A DNA stretch of 64,000 bases from an uncultured Gemmatimonadaceae bacterium (GCA_963790305.1 CAWBOC010000005.1:448001-512000); one strand, 5' to 3'; positions 29,005 to 38,608 are shown, numbered from the stretch's first letter. Notes: generated by a model from the sequence alone, not told the origin. Made by a program: numbers and translations.

Positions 29005-30908
29005 CGGTCGGGCGGAGTGGGAGCGGGCTCGAGAGAGCGCTCGATCGTGTCGAGTCGCGCGCGCCGGTGCTCGAGCTCTCGACGAATCGCTTCACGCTCG
29101 ACGGAATCAGCGGCCCGCCGCGACGCCTCGCGCGCCAGCGCCACGGAATCGGCGCGCGCTCGACGAACGGGCGAACGTCGACGCGTACGCGCGACGGGAT
29201 AGCGGGCGTTTCTCGACGGCACGACGGCCGCGACGCGCAATGACTCCTGCAGCGGTGCGCGGTCAGGCGGAGGTGTCGCTTCACGCGCCGCCGCGGTATC
29301 TGTGAGGAGTGTTTGAGGCGCCACACCGCTGTCGGGCAACGGGAACGTCAACGGAGGAAGACTGTCGAGCACCGCCGGAGCCGGGGCGGCGATGCCTGAC
29401 GACTCGGTCGTAACACGCCCGTCTTCACCGCGCAGGGTGACGAACGCGACGAACGCGACAGCTACCGTCGCCGCGGTCACGATCGCGGCGCGCGCGTGAT
29501 CAGATGCCGGCGGCGGCGGTACCGGACGCAACTCCTCAGCGGGGATCGGGACGACGACCGAACGAGGGGTTGGCCGTGGCGAAGGAGGCGCCGGTTCCTG
29601 CACCGCCGTTTCCACCGCAGCTACCTGCCCCTCGGCCGGTGGCGCGACGACCGGTTCCGACGCAGCGGTCGCGACCACCGGCGCTATCGAAGGTGTCTCG
29701 GCCGCCTGTCTCTCGTTCGCGGGCGGGTCTTCGACAACCGGCTCAGCGACGCGCGTGACCGGCGGGGTCACGGTGGCGCCGCCCTCCGGCGGAGTGCGAC
29801 GTCGCGCTGCGTAGGCGCGCGGAAGCACCTGACCGCCCTCGGTGCGCGCGAGCGGGACTGTTTGCGCAGCGCGCGCCACCACTGGTGCCGCCGCCTTTCG
29901 ACGGCGGGCTTCCTCCTCGGCAGCCGCGACGGTGTCCACAGGGACTGGCAGGAGTGGTGGCAGCGGTGGGGAAGGTGCGGGCGGTGGTGCGGGCGGTGGC
30001 TCGGGCAGTCGCTCCGGCGGCCGCTCGTCAGGCGGTGGCGGGGCGATGCTCACGGCCGGCTCGACGTCGCGCACCTCGCGCGGTCGCGTGGAAATCACCG
30101 GCAGGGCGCGGTCCACGTCGACCGCGACGTTGGGATCGATTACATCACTCCCTGCGCGTGGCGGCTCGAGCGCGACGACCGAGGGACGCGCCGCCTCCGG
30201 AGCAACTCCGGGACGTGCACCTGCGCAGTGACAGCCAAGCGAAGGTGCCACGTCGAAAAGCACGCGATCCCTGAAGAGCAGGCGCTGCGCGAGCTCGGTC
30301 TTCCAGTCATCGGTGATGATCTCTTCGAGCGCATGCGCATTGGCTTCGCTCACGAGCATGTCCGATGTAGGCGCCCCCCCTGGGACGGAGCGGTATCGGC
30401 GACGGTCCGGTGGGAGCACGGACTCGAAGACCTCCGGCTGCGCGTGCAGGTCGATGTCCAGCTGCGTCAGCACGCCGAAGAATTGCATCGGCGTCAGACG
30501 CGCGTCGATCGCGGGGTCGTGCGCACCCGGACACGCCCCGACGTACGTAATGCGGACGCGGTTGTAGCCGTAGAGGGCGCGAAGGTACCGCGCGCACGCG
30601 ACGGGCGGTGCCACGAGTGGTACGAGAAAGCGAGCCAGGTCGGACCCGACTTCCAGCAGCGCATCGCTCACATGCGGACATGCGCAGAAGATGGCCGGGT
30701 CATCGCCACGTGCGGCAACCCGCCGCATGCATGCTGTGGCGAGCAGCTCGTCCCCCCATGTCACGGGATAGACGGCAGCATAGCCAGCAGCCTGGCACGC
30801 GTGTGCGAGTTGCACGGGCGTTGCCGGCCGCGCCGCGAGCAACGCATCGACGCCAAGGATGGCGACCGATGGCAGTGGCGCGCCCGACGTATTCGAAGCG
30901 GGCGACAT
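29001..30908 (-). CDS. Membrane-anchored protein with degenerate iron-hydrogenase (Fe_hyd_lg_C-like) domain, Pro-rich linker, TM helix and coiled-coil tail
   Basis: 'PVQLAHAC..AGYAAVYPVTWGDELLA', 'IFCACPHV', 'VAPPVACARYLR', 'YVGACP', 'LGCHCAG'. Confidence 0.6.
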   Translation of the reverse strand: MSPASNTSGAPLPSVAILGVDALLAARPATPVQLAHACQAAGYAAVYPVTWGDELLATACMRRVAARGDDPAIFCACPHVSDALLEVGSDLARFLVPLVAPPVACARYLRALYGYNRVRITYVGACPGAHDPAIDARLTPMQFFGVLTQLDIDLHAQPEVFESVLPPDRRRYRSVPGGAPTSDMLVSEANAHALEEIITDDWKTELAQRLLFRDRVLFDVAPSLGCHCAGARPGVAPEAARPSVVALEPPRAGSDVIDPNVAVDVDRALPVISTRPREVRDVEPAVSIAPPPPDERPPERLPEPPPAPPPAPSPPLPPLLPVPVDTVAAAEEEARRRKAAAPVVARAAQTVPLARTEGGQVLPRAYAARRRTPPEGGATVTPPVTRVAEPVVEDPPANERQAAETPSIAPVVATAASEPVVAPPAEGQVAAVETAVQEPAPPSPRPTPRSVVVPIPAEELRPVPPPPASDHARAAIVTAATVAVAFVAFVTLRGEDGRVTTESSGIAAPAPAVLDSLPPLTFPLPDSGVAPQTLLTDTAAAREATPPPDRAPLQESLRVAAVVPSRNARYPVARTRRRSPVRRARADSVALAREASRRAADSVEREAIRRELEHRRARLDTIERSLEPAPTPPDR

Positions 30909-31064
30909 CGTGGGTTTGTGTCCCGGGGGGAGACACCCCAATAGAAGCGAATATCGGGCTCCTGTCCAGCGCGGCCCATTCATTGCTGAAGTGCAACACG
31001 TGGGTGCGCGGTGCTCTGCCCGCGACACGATTCACCTCAAGCGCAGTCGTCTGCAGGTCGTGAC

Positions 31065-31799
31065 GTGACAGCCGTAGCCGTAACGAGGATCGCGCGACTC
31101 TCGCGCGACGACCGAGATGCACTCGCGGCCTTCGGGGCGCGAGCGACCTGGCCGAGTGGATTCGCGGTGTACGAGCGTGGAACCCCGGCCGATGGAATTT
31201 TCATCGTCCTCCGCGGACAAATCGTGCTGCGGAATCGGCTCGGCGCCGGACGCAGCTTCGTGCCGTGGATCGCCACTGCCGGAGAGACGTTCGGCGGCGA
31301 AGGCCTCGTGCACGGTGGTCGCTACGTGAGCGACGCGCGGGCCGAGGAGGAAAGCGAGACGCTGCACCTGACCACGTCGCGCGTGAGCGCGCTGATGCGG
31401 GAGCAGCCAGCCGCGGCGCTCGCTCTCGTCCGGCAGATCATGGCCGAGAGATCCGAGCTTCTGGAGCGATTCGGCGAGCACGCGACGCTGACGGTCGAAC
31501 AGAGGCTCATCGCGGCGCTGCTGCGACTGGCCCAGAGCCGGACGCCTGGTGACGGCGCGGCCACATCGGCGGTGTTGCCACGGCGCCTGCTCGGAGAGCT
31601 CGTGGGCGCTACGCGCGAATCGATATCCCTGGTGCTGGGCAGGCTCACTGCCGACGGGCTGGTTCAGCGTGAAGGCAACGGCCTGATCATCACCGATCTC
31701 GAGGGGCTCGCCCGGCGTTTCGAGCAGTCTGGGCGCGGGGGAGTGAGTGCCATCGACGTCCATGACGACCGTCCCTCACTGCATACCTCCGTCGGGTAG
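31065..31799 (+). CDS. Crp/Fnr family transcriptional regulator
   Basis: cNMP fold 'VYERGTPADGIFIVLRG...GETFG'; HTH 'LGELVGATRESISLVL'. Confidence 0.9.
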   Translation: MTAVAVTRIARLSRDDRDALAAFGARATWPSGFAVYERGTPADGIFIVLRGQIVLRNRLGAGRSFVPWIATAGETFGGEGLVHGGRYVSDARAEEESETLHLTTSRVSALMREQPAAALALVRQIMAERSELLERFGEHATLTVEQRLIAALLRLAQSRTPGDGAATSAVLPRRLLGELVGATRESISLVLGRLTADGLVQREGNGLIITDLEGLARRFEQSGRGGVSAIDVHDDRPSLHTSVG

Positions 31800-31905
31800 G
31801 CGCTTTCGCCGGAGGACCTGATCGCTCGACGCGCCGCTGCGGACCACCACAGCGGCGCGTTACTATTCCGGCGATGGCACCCCCGACACCGCATCGCTCC
31901 GCGGC

Positions 31906-32835
31906 GTGACGACCACGATCGTCGCGCTCGTCCTCATCATCGCGGCGTTCGCGGTGGCGCGCAGCGCACGCGCATGGTGGGTCGCACGCGGTGTCGCGCT
32001 GCGCCTTCCTGTCGGACCGAGTGGGATCATCGAAGGCGCCGAGCCAATCGTGCGCGAGCGCGCCGGAACGAGGGAGGCCGTACTCCTCCTGCATGGCTTC
32101 GGTGATACGCCGCAAACGCTGACCTATCTCGCGGATGAGCTCCACACGCGCGGGTGGGATGTGCACGCGCCACTGTTGCCGGGGCACGGGCGCACGCTTC
32201 GCTCGTTCGCATCGTCGCGCTCGCAGCAATGGGTGGGCGCGGCGCGCGAGGCGCTGGACTATCTCCTCGCGCGGTACCAGCGCGTCGCGATCGTGGGACT
32301 GTCGATGGGGGGAGCCCTCGCCGCGATACTGGCCGCCGAGCGTGACCGGGTGGTGGCGCTGGCGCTGCTCGCTCCCTACGTCGAGCTCCCACCGCGTCTG
32401 CGCCGGCTCGTGAGGCACCACCAAATGATCCACGCGCTCACACCCGTGCTCCGAGGAAATAGCGAGCGCTCCATTCTCGACCCCGCCGAGCGCGCGCGAA
32501 GTCTCGGATATCGCGCGATGACACCAACGCTCGCGCGGGAGCTCTCCATGCTGGCGGAGCGTGCGCGAACGGCCCTCCCCCGCATCCGCGTGCCCACGCT
32601 GCTCGCGCAGTCGCGCCAGGACAACCGCCTCGCATCAGCAGTGGCCGATCGAGCTTTCGCCGCACTCGGCGCGAAGGACAAGGAGCTCGTGTGGCTCGAG
32701 GGCGCAGGCCACGTGATCACCGTGGACTACGGCCGCGAGAAGCTCAACGAGACGGTCGCCGCCTGGCTCAGGCGATGGGCGGACGCCGGCGGTGCCAGTC
32801 CGTACGAGTCTGATACTCCGACGCCGCCGCAATGA
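31906..32835 (+). CDS. Alpha/beta-hydrolase carboxylesterase, N-terminal anchor
   Basis: 'LLLHGFG', 'PGHG', 'GLSMGG', 'AGHVITVD'. Confidence 0.88.
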   Translation: MTTTIVALVLIIAAFAVARSARAWWVARGVALRLPVGPSGIIEGAEPIVRERAGTREAVLLLHGFGDTPQTLTYLADELHTRGWDVHAPLLPGHGRTLRSFASSRSQQWVGAAREALDYLLARYQRVAIVGLSMGGALAAILAAERDRVVALALLAPYVELPPRLRRLVRHHQMIHALTPVLRGNSERSILDPAERARSLGYRAMTPTLARELSMLAERARTALPRIRVPTLLAQSRQDNRLASAVADRAFAALGAKDKELVWLEGAGHVITVDYGREKLNETVAAWLRRWADAGGASPYESDTPTPPQ

Positions 32836-34192
32836 GGAGCGTCTCCTCGAAGACGCGTCCAGTGAAGGTGAGAGAGGTCGGCAGCTGCTCGAGACCGAAT
32901 CCGTTGGGGACCGCGAGACCGGGAAGCCCGGCAATGTTCGCTGCCGCGCCGAGTGGCTGAGTACGAATCCCTGGAGGCACGGGGACGGTTGGCCACGCCT
33001 CATTGAACGGCTTGCCGATGGGGAACGCGACGGTCCCGCGCGTTGGCGATACGACCGCGTCGTAGCGCGCGAACACCTCATCGAGGGCACGACCCATCGT
33101 GCCGCGGAGTCGCAGTGCCTTGAGGTAGTCCTTCGCGAGCACGACAGTGCCGGAGTATCCGCCATGTCGGTCTTCCGGTGCGCTGAGCAGCTTCGCGCGT
33201 CCGGTCTCCAGGAGATCCTCGAACGCGCTCGCTCCCTCGGCGTCAATGATCAGCGACGCCGCGGTACCGTACGGGTGATCGGGCAGCTCGACGTCGGGGA
33301 CGAGCTCGGCAAAGTCGGCGACAACGCGAAGCGACGCGTCGAAGTTGTCGGCAACCTCCTTCTGCACGCCGGCGGTGGCGTTCTTCAACACGCCAATGCG
33401 AAGCCGACGTCGCCGAGCCTGCTCGGGCGCATGCGCGAACTCTCGGGTGCTCGCGGATGGATCGCGCGGGTCGGGTCCCGCGATGGCGGCAAGCACGAGC
33501 CCACAGTCGTCGGCGGTGCGACACATTGGCCCGAGCTTGTCCATCGACCATGACAGCGCCATCGCGCCGTGTCGGCTCACGCGCCCGTAGGTCGGACGCA
33601 GTCCGGTAATCCCGCTGAACGCCGCCGGCGTGGTGATCGACCCCCACGTTTCACTCCCGATTGCGAACGGCACGAGCGCCGCACTGACGGCAGCGCCTGG
33701 TCCCGATGAGGAGCCTCCCGCCCAGTAGCGAAGATTCCATGGTGAACGAGCCGGGCCGGTGAACGAGGCATCCGCCTGACGATATCCAAAGCCTCCGGCT
33801 AGCTCGATCATGGCGAGCTTCGCGACGAGCACCGCGCCCGCGCGCGTGAGGCGCTGCACAACCGTTGCGTCGAAGTCGAAGCGCTGCTCGCGATATGGTG
33901 CCGCGCCCCATGTGGTGAGGTCGCCGGCGGTGGCGAGGAGATCCTTCACCCCATACGGAATTCCGTGAAGTGGCCCGCGCCACTGCCCGGCAGCGATCTC
34001 GCGCTCAGCGGCGCGCGCCTCGCGTAGCGCACGGTCGCGCGTGATGGTGACCACGGCGCCGAGCCTCGGCCCGTACTGCTCCAGTCGCTGCAGGTACGCT
34101 TCCGCGAGCTCGACGGGGGATAGCCTCCGTGCGCGGATGGCATCGCTCAAGTCGCGAACGCTGCCGTAGAGAACGTCGTCGGGGACGGTCAC
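32768..34192 (-). CDS. Amidase-signature (GatA-like) amidase
   Basis: 'HGIPYGVKDL', 'GGSSSG', 'GSETWGSI..PA...G..GLRPTYGRV'. Confidence 0.92.
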   Translation of the reverse strand: MTVPDDVLYGSVRDLSDAIRARRLSPVELAEAYLQRLEQYGPRLGAVVTITRDRALREARAAEREIAAGQWRGPLHGIPYGVKDLLATAGDLTTWGAAPYREQRFDFDATVVQRLTRAGAVLVAKLAMIELAGGFGYRQADASFTGPARSPWNLRYWAGGSSSGPGAAVSAALVPFAIGSETWGSITTPAAFSGITGLRPTYGRVSRHGAMALSWSMDKLGPMCRTADDCGLVLAAIAGPDPRDPSASTREFAHAPEQARRRRLRIGVLKNATAGVQKEVADNFDASLRVVADFAELVPDVELPDHPYGTAASLIIDAEGASAFEDLLETGRAKLLSAPEDRHGGYSGTVVLAKDYLKALRLRGTMGRALDEVFARYDAVVSPTRGTVAFPIGKPFNEAWPTVPVPPGIRTQPLGAAANIAGLPGLAVPNGFGLEQLPTSLTFTGRVFEETLLIAAASEYQTRTDWHRRRPPIA

Positions 34193-34521
34193 TGGTCGCC
34201 TCCCCGGTGGACCGCGAACACGACATCGGGCTCGGTCCCATTGGGCAACAGGATGGCGCGCAGCCGGTCGGATGCTCGAAGCCCGCTCACAATGTCCTCT
34301 CGTACGCCCGCCATTTGCTCGTCGGTGAGGTGTGCACCGTACCGGCGCCTCACGAGTTGCGCCATCGCGTCGGCGAGCGCTGCGTTGCCGTCGGCATCCG
34401 CGCTCGACGGTGATGCATTTGGAGCAGGAATACTCGGTGCGGGCGGGACGGGCGGCGTTCCGACGCAGGCGCCCAGGGTGGCGGCGCCGAGCGTGAGCGT
34501 GAAATCACGACGAGTGGGCAT
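34189..34521 (-). CDS. Small Tat-lipoprotein, GatC/AtzG-like amidase partner (inferred)
   Basis: 'MPTRRDF...LGAC'; C-terminus 'LPNGTEPDVVF'; stop overlaps amidase start (GTGA). Confidence 0.6.
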   Translation of the reverse strand: MPTRRDFTLTLGAATLGACVGTPPVPPAPSIPAPNASPSSADADGNAALADAMAQLVRRRYGAHLTDEQMAGVREDIVSGLRASDRLRAILLPNGTEPDVVFAVHRGGDQ

Positions 34522-34548
34522 GCGATCCTCGGTGGGCGCTGGATGCAA

Positions 34549-34574
34549 GACGGGGCGGCATTTGCCGCCCCGTC
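34549..34574. terminator. Hairpin downstream of the histone-like gene
   Basis: GACGGGGCGGCA-tt-TGCCGCCCCGTC. Confidence 0.55.
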
Positions 34575-34599
34575 ATCGTGCACCACGGTCGCCGCGCGA

Positions 34600-34968
34600 T
34601 CAAGTCACCCGATCGACCAGATTGCCGATGACTTCCGGCACGCGCTGCGCTGCATCTCCCGCCTGCTTCATCACCGTCGATGCCACACGCTTCGCGCGCG
34701 CGACTGGTGACTGCTTCCGCGCGCGCTTGCGACCACCAGACCGCTTGCGGCCACCGGAGCGCTTCCGCGCGGATGACTTCCGAGCCGAACCCCGTGCGGA
34801 TGATTTGCGACGGGACGACTTGCGCGCTGCGGATTTCCGTCCGCCGGATTTCCTGCGCGCGCTCTTTCTACCGGTCGACTTTCGACCGCTCGACTTCCGG
34901 CCGGCCGACTTCCGGCGCCGCCCACCCGAACGCGCTTTACCGCGAGACGACCGCTTCTTCGTCGCCAT
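34600..34968 (-). CDS. Histone H1-like basic protein with RKSxx pentapeptide repeats
   Basis: GGAG RBS; about 10 tandem RKS(A/S/T/G)(G/A/R) units. Confidence 0.75.
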   Translation of the reverse strand: MATKKRSSRGKARSGGRRRKSAGRKSSGRKSTGRKSARRKSGGRKSAARKSSRRKSSARGSARKSSARKRSGGRKRSGGRKRARKQSPVARAKRVASTVMKQAGDAAQRVPEVIGNLVDRVT

Positions 34969-35049
34969 GGCAATGCTCTCCAAGTTGAGAGTTGGGTGCT
35001 CGCACGTCTTGGCAAGAATCGCGCGCGCGCAGCACCGTGGCGCGGCGCA

Positions 35050-35343
35050 TTATGGAGCATCGGAACGTGGTCGGCGCTGCATCGCGGTCCACCGTGCAAG
35101 ACGACGCGCCAGCTCCGCATCATCCCCCGCGAGCGCGCGCAGCTCCGTCAGTACCGCGTCGCGGGATGTGCCTCGGGCTTCCGCTATCAACGGCGGCTCC
35201 CCTATGCCCTGCCGCTCCGGATCGGCGCGTCGCTCGACCTGCAGCCGCGCGACGACGTCATTCGGGTCTCGCTCATCGACCGTGATGATCACGATGCGCC
35301 CGCCGGGCGAATCGTGCCGGTACACCGTGAGACCGTGCTCCAT
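35050..35343 (-). CDS. Hypothetical protein (paralog of 43459-43710)
   Basis: Shared 'VERRxDPxR..G.EPP.IAEARGTSR..V..EL'. Confidence 0.65.
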   Translation of the reverse strand: MEHGLTVYRHDSPGGRIVIITVDERDPNDVVARLQVERRADPERQGIGEPPLIAEARGTSRDAVLTELRALAGDDAELARRLARWTAMQRRPRSDAP

Positions 35344-35422
35344 GACACGTGAACATGGACGAACGACGAACGTCGCGGAAGGGAAGACGCATTGCGGATT
35401 GCGGATCGAACTGCATGAACCC

Positions 35423-36451
35423 TCATGCTCGTTTGACCCTCGTCTCTCCATGCGCCAGGACCCACAGGTTCTCCTCCGGCAGCGCCGCGCGCTTCCACGC
35501 TTCCCGCGTACGTCGCGGAGGCTCTAAAACCGGCTCGTCGGTGAGACGAAAGGTCCCCCAATGAATTCCGACCATTGCAGCGTTCCTGGCGAGGCCGTGG
35601 TGCGCATGTAGTGCACGAAAGGCGCTCACCGCGTCGTCCGGGTTGACGTGAACGGCCTGCATGAACCATCGCGGCTCATAGGCGCCGATGGGGATCGCGC
35701 TGACTACGAACGGACCGAACCGCTCACCAATGCGCGCGAACTCCGGATGGAACCCGGTATCGCCCGCGTAGAAAAAACGCCCCGCGGAAGTCGCGACCGC
35801 GAAGCCGCACCACAGCGTGCGATTGCGGTCGAAGGGCGTGCGAGCGCTGAAGTGTCGCGCCGGCGTGCACGCGACCGTCGCGTCTCCCACGCGTCGCTCG
35901 TCCCACCAGTCCAGTTCTGTGATGTAGCGCACTCCCAGCGATCGCACCAAGCCGCCGAGTCGCAGAGGGACAACCCACTGCGCATCGGACTGCGCCGCGG
36001 CGAGGGCTCGCACCGTCCAGGCGTCGAGATGGTCGTAGTGGTTGTGCGAGAGGAGGACGATGTCGATAGGTGGCAGCTCCGCGATCGGCAGCGCTGCCGG
36101 GATGAGGCGTCGCGGCCCGACCGTGCGCCACGGCGATGCCCTCTCGCTCCAGACGGGATCGGTGAGAATGTTGAGCGGACCAAGCTGCACGAGCAGTGTC
36201 GAATGACCAACCCAGGTGATTGCGATCTCGTTCGACCCCGCGCGGGGTGATCGCAGCGACGACGGCACGGCGTGCAACGTCCGGGCGCCGTCATCGCGGG
36301 GAAGCGGATGTCGCATGCGGTTCCAGCGCCACTTCAACAAGCCCGCGAACCGCGACTCGGCGAGGCCCCACGGATTGCGAAACTTCCCGTTGGGCGTGTG
36401 GTGCGATGGAGCCTTTGGCGGCGAACCCTCGGCGTGCTCTCTCTCGCTCAC
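35423..36451 (-). CDS. MBL-fold hydrolase (NAPE-PLD/RomA-like)
   Basis: 'WVGHST', 'TDPVW', 'SHNHYDHLD', 'AGDTG', 'PIGAYEP', 'IHWGTF'. Confidence 0.92.
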   Translation of the reverse strand: MSEREHAEGSPPKAPSHHTPNGKFRNPWGLAESRFAGLLKWRWNRMRHPLPRDDGARTLHAVPSSLRSPRAGSNEIAITWVGHSTLLVQLGPLNILTDPVWSERASPWRTVGPRRLIPAALPIAELPPIDIVLLSHNHYDHLDAWTVRALAAAQSDAQWVVPLRLGGLVRSLGVRYITELDWWDERRVGDATVACTPARHFSARTPFDRNRTLWCGFAVATSAGRFFYAGDTGFHPEFARIGERFGPFVVSAIPIGAYEPRWFMQAVHVNPDDAVSAFRALHAHHGLARNAAMVGIHWGTFRLTDEPVLEPPRRTREAWKRAALPEENLWVLAHGETRVKRA

Positions 36452-37560
36452 TCGCCGAATGCAGCGAGATTTTCGTCCAGATGTGCGATGCTCCGCATTC
36501 CGACGAGCGCCGTCGATACCGGAAGACTCGTGACGAAGGAGAGCGCCCGCTGCGCATCGGTGGAAAACCCGGGAAGCGCCTCGCGAACCTCCGGGGGCAG
36601 GCCCGTGGCGAGACGCGCCTGCAACAGCGATGCACTCGCGACCACCGAGATCCCGAGCTCAGCCGCGGCGTGCATGAACGGCATCTCTCGCCCGCGTACC
36701 CGCTGCGTCGGCACGCGCACCGCCTCGGGCATGGCCAGGTTGATGGGAAGCTGCACGACACGAAACCGATGGTCGGGACCGCCAACGTCGTGCGCGGCGG
36801 CGACGACCTCCGCCAACTCGAGATGACCTCGCGTTCCCCGGGCCGCCCGGAAGCCGTTCCACGTCGCGCACCCATAGCGGGCGATGTCCCCTGCATCGCA
36901 CCGCGATTCGAGCATGGCGAACGTCTCGCGAAGCCGGTCGAGCAGCTGTGAGGGCTTGATCACATCGAGCTGCTGCTCCGGATTGTGCACGTAATACACG
37001 TCGATCGTCTCGAGCCCCATGTTCTCGCGACTGCGACGGAGCTGATCGGCCAGGAATCCCGGTGCGACGCTATGCGCATCGGCGACGACGTCGTCCGGGG
37101 AAAGGACTCCGTTCGCGAAATACTCCCGCTCGAGAAACGCGCGGTATTCCTCACGGGATGCCGGGGCGTTGTTGTCGAGCGGGATATAGCCGCCTTTCGT
37201 GCAGAGGACGATCTCCTCGCGCGCCACGAGCCCGCCAGCGATCGCCGCGCGAACTGCCCGGCCGACGACTCGCTCAGACCGCTGACACCGGTAGTTGATC
37301 GCGGTGTCCAGCAGGTTGATGCCACGTTCAATCGCCGCGCGAGCCGCGGCGTCGTAGCGATCGTCATCCGCCTCATCGCACTCGCCCAGGTAGGTCCCGA
37401 GCCCCACCGTCGACACGCGAAGCATCCGGTCGAGCGGACGATGGAACTCCTCGCCTCGGCGCTTCGCGAATCGCTCGGCGTGGCGCAACGTGGCTTTCGC
37501 CGTCGCTCGTCCAACCAGTAGCGGCACGGTCGCGGTGGCAGTCACGGGTGTCTTCACCAT
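36448..37560 (-). CDS. Aldo/keto reductase
   Basis: 'GLGTY', 'DTAINY', 'CTKGG', 'DVYYVHNPE'. Confidence 0.88.
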   Translation of the reverse strand: MVKTPVTATATVPLLVGRATAKATLRHAERFAKRRGEEFHRPLDRMLRVSTVGLGTYLGECDEADDDRYDAAARAAIERGINLLDTAINYRCQRSERVVGRAVRAAIAGGLVAREEIVLCTKGGYIPLDNNAPASREEYRAFLEREYFANGVLSPDDVVADAHSVAPGFLADQLRRSRENMGLETIDVYYVHNPEQQLDVIKPSQLLDRLRETFAMLESRCDAGDIARYGCATWNGFRAARGTRGHLELAEVVAAAHDVGGPDHRFRVVQLPINLAMPEAVRVPTQRVRGREMPFMHAAAELGISVVASASLLQARLATGLPPEVREALPGFSTDAQRALSFVTSLPVSTALVGMRSIAHLDENLAAFGE

Positions 37561-37650
37561 GCTGACGCTACGCGATGAGACAACGCGCGCAAGGGCACGG
37601 ACATGTCACGAACGACAAAAATGATCGTCTTTGCCTCTGGAGGTAGCTTC

Positions 37651-37666
37651 GGGCACGATGCGTGCT
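37651..37666 (+). promoter_or_regulatory. Putative sigma54 promoter
   Basis: GGGCACG-ATGC-GTGCT (GG-N10-GC) about 90 nt upstream of the desaturase. Confidence 0.45.
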
Positions 37667-37757
37667 TAAGTTACGAGTAGCCGGCCCGGGCCTCGCATAC
37701 TCGAGACCGGGCCGTTCCGTCACCATTGCGGCAGTCGCTACACGGAGGAGCACCAAG

Positions 37758-38504
37758 ATGTTGGATTTTGCCAGCTGGGCGTCGCACTGGTGGATACCAG
37801 TGCTGTTCGTCATCGTCGCGGGACACCTCACGAATGTCTGCGTGACGTTGTTCCTGCACCGCATGCAGACGCACCGTGGAGTCCAGTTCCACGCGCTGGT
37901 CGCCGTGCCGATGCGCCTCTGGCTGTGGCTCTCCACGGGTATCATCACGAAAGAGTGGGTCGCCTGCCATCGCAAGCACCACGCGTTCGCCGACCGGGAA
38001 GGCGATCCGCATTCGCCGCTCCTCGAGGGGCTGCGCAACATCGTCCTCAAGGGCGCGCTCTATTATCGCCAGGCGATTCGTCAGCCGGGCATGGTCGACA
38101 AGTACGGCAAGGGCACGCCGAACGACTGGCTCGAGCGCACGCTGCTGACGCCGCTGAACTGGCTCGGCATCGTCGTAATGCTCACCGTCGACATCTACCT
38201 GTTCGGCTTCTTCGTCGGCGGGCTCGTCTGGGGCGTTCAAATGCTCTGGATTCCCTTCTGGGCCGCCGGCATCGTCAACGGCATCGGGCACGCGCTCGGG
38301 TACCGCAACTTCGACGTGAAGGATGAGAGCCGCAACATTACTCCGATCGCGATCTGGCTCGGGGGCGAAGAGCTGCACAACAACCATCACGCCGACCCCC
38401 ACTCCGCGAAGTTCGGCGCGAAGTGGTATGAGCTGGACATTGGCTGGGTCTACATCCGGCTGCTTCAGGTCTTCGGGCTGGCGAAGGTCAAGTACGCCCG
38501 GTAA
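37758..38504 (+). CDS. Delta-9 acyl-CoA-type fatty acid desaturase
   Basis: His boxes 'HRMQTH', 'HRKHH', 'HNNHH'; GGAGGAG RBS. Confidence 0.92.
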   Translation: MLDFASWASHWWIPVLFVIVAGHLTNVCVTLFLHRMQTHRGVQFHALVAVPMRLWLWLSTGIITKEWVACHRKHHAFADREGDPHSPLLEGLRNIVLKGALYYRQAIRQPGMVDKYGKGTPNDWLERTLLTPLNWLGIVVMLTVDIYLFGFFVGGLVWGVQMLWIPFWAAGIVNGIGHALGYRNFDVKDESRNITPIAIWLGGEELHNNHHADPHSAKFGAKWYELDIGWVYIRLLQVFGLAKVKYAR

Positions 38505-38608
38505 CACGCGGTACGGGCAGGCCAAGACGTGGGTCGAGGGTTATCGTTCAACGACGAGCCCTTGACCCTTTTTCTTGGCCTCCAGTCCGCTTTACCACGA
38601 GAGGACCC

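Noticed and set aside
29001..30908. Functional H2-producing hydrogenase
   Set aside because: H-cluster motifs are degenerate (no P2 Lys), there are no ferredoxin domains and no maturases in the window.
29496..30944. Long antisense or alternate-frame ORFs (also 54709-56190, 53639-54904, 34241-35527, 60330-61595)
   Set aside because: Shadow ORFs expected at high GC opposite well-supported genes; no recognisable motifs.
32768..32835. 68-bp convergent overlap of the esterase and amidase genes
   Set aside because: Tail-to-tail overlaps are common in GC-rich genomes, and the overlapping esterase tail is low complexity.
32768..34192. Calling the amidase gatA
   Set aside because: No gatB nearby and the partner ORF has an export signal; only family-level assignment is supported.
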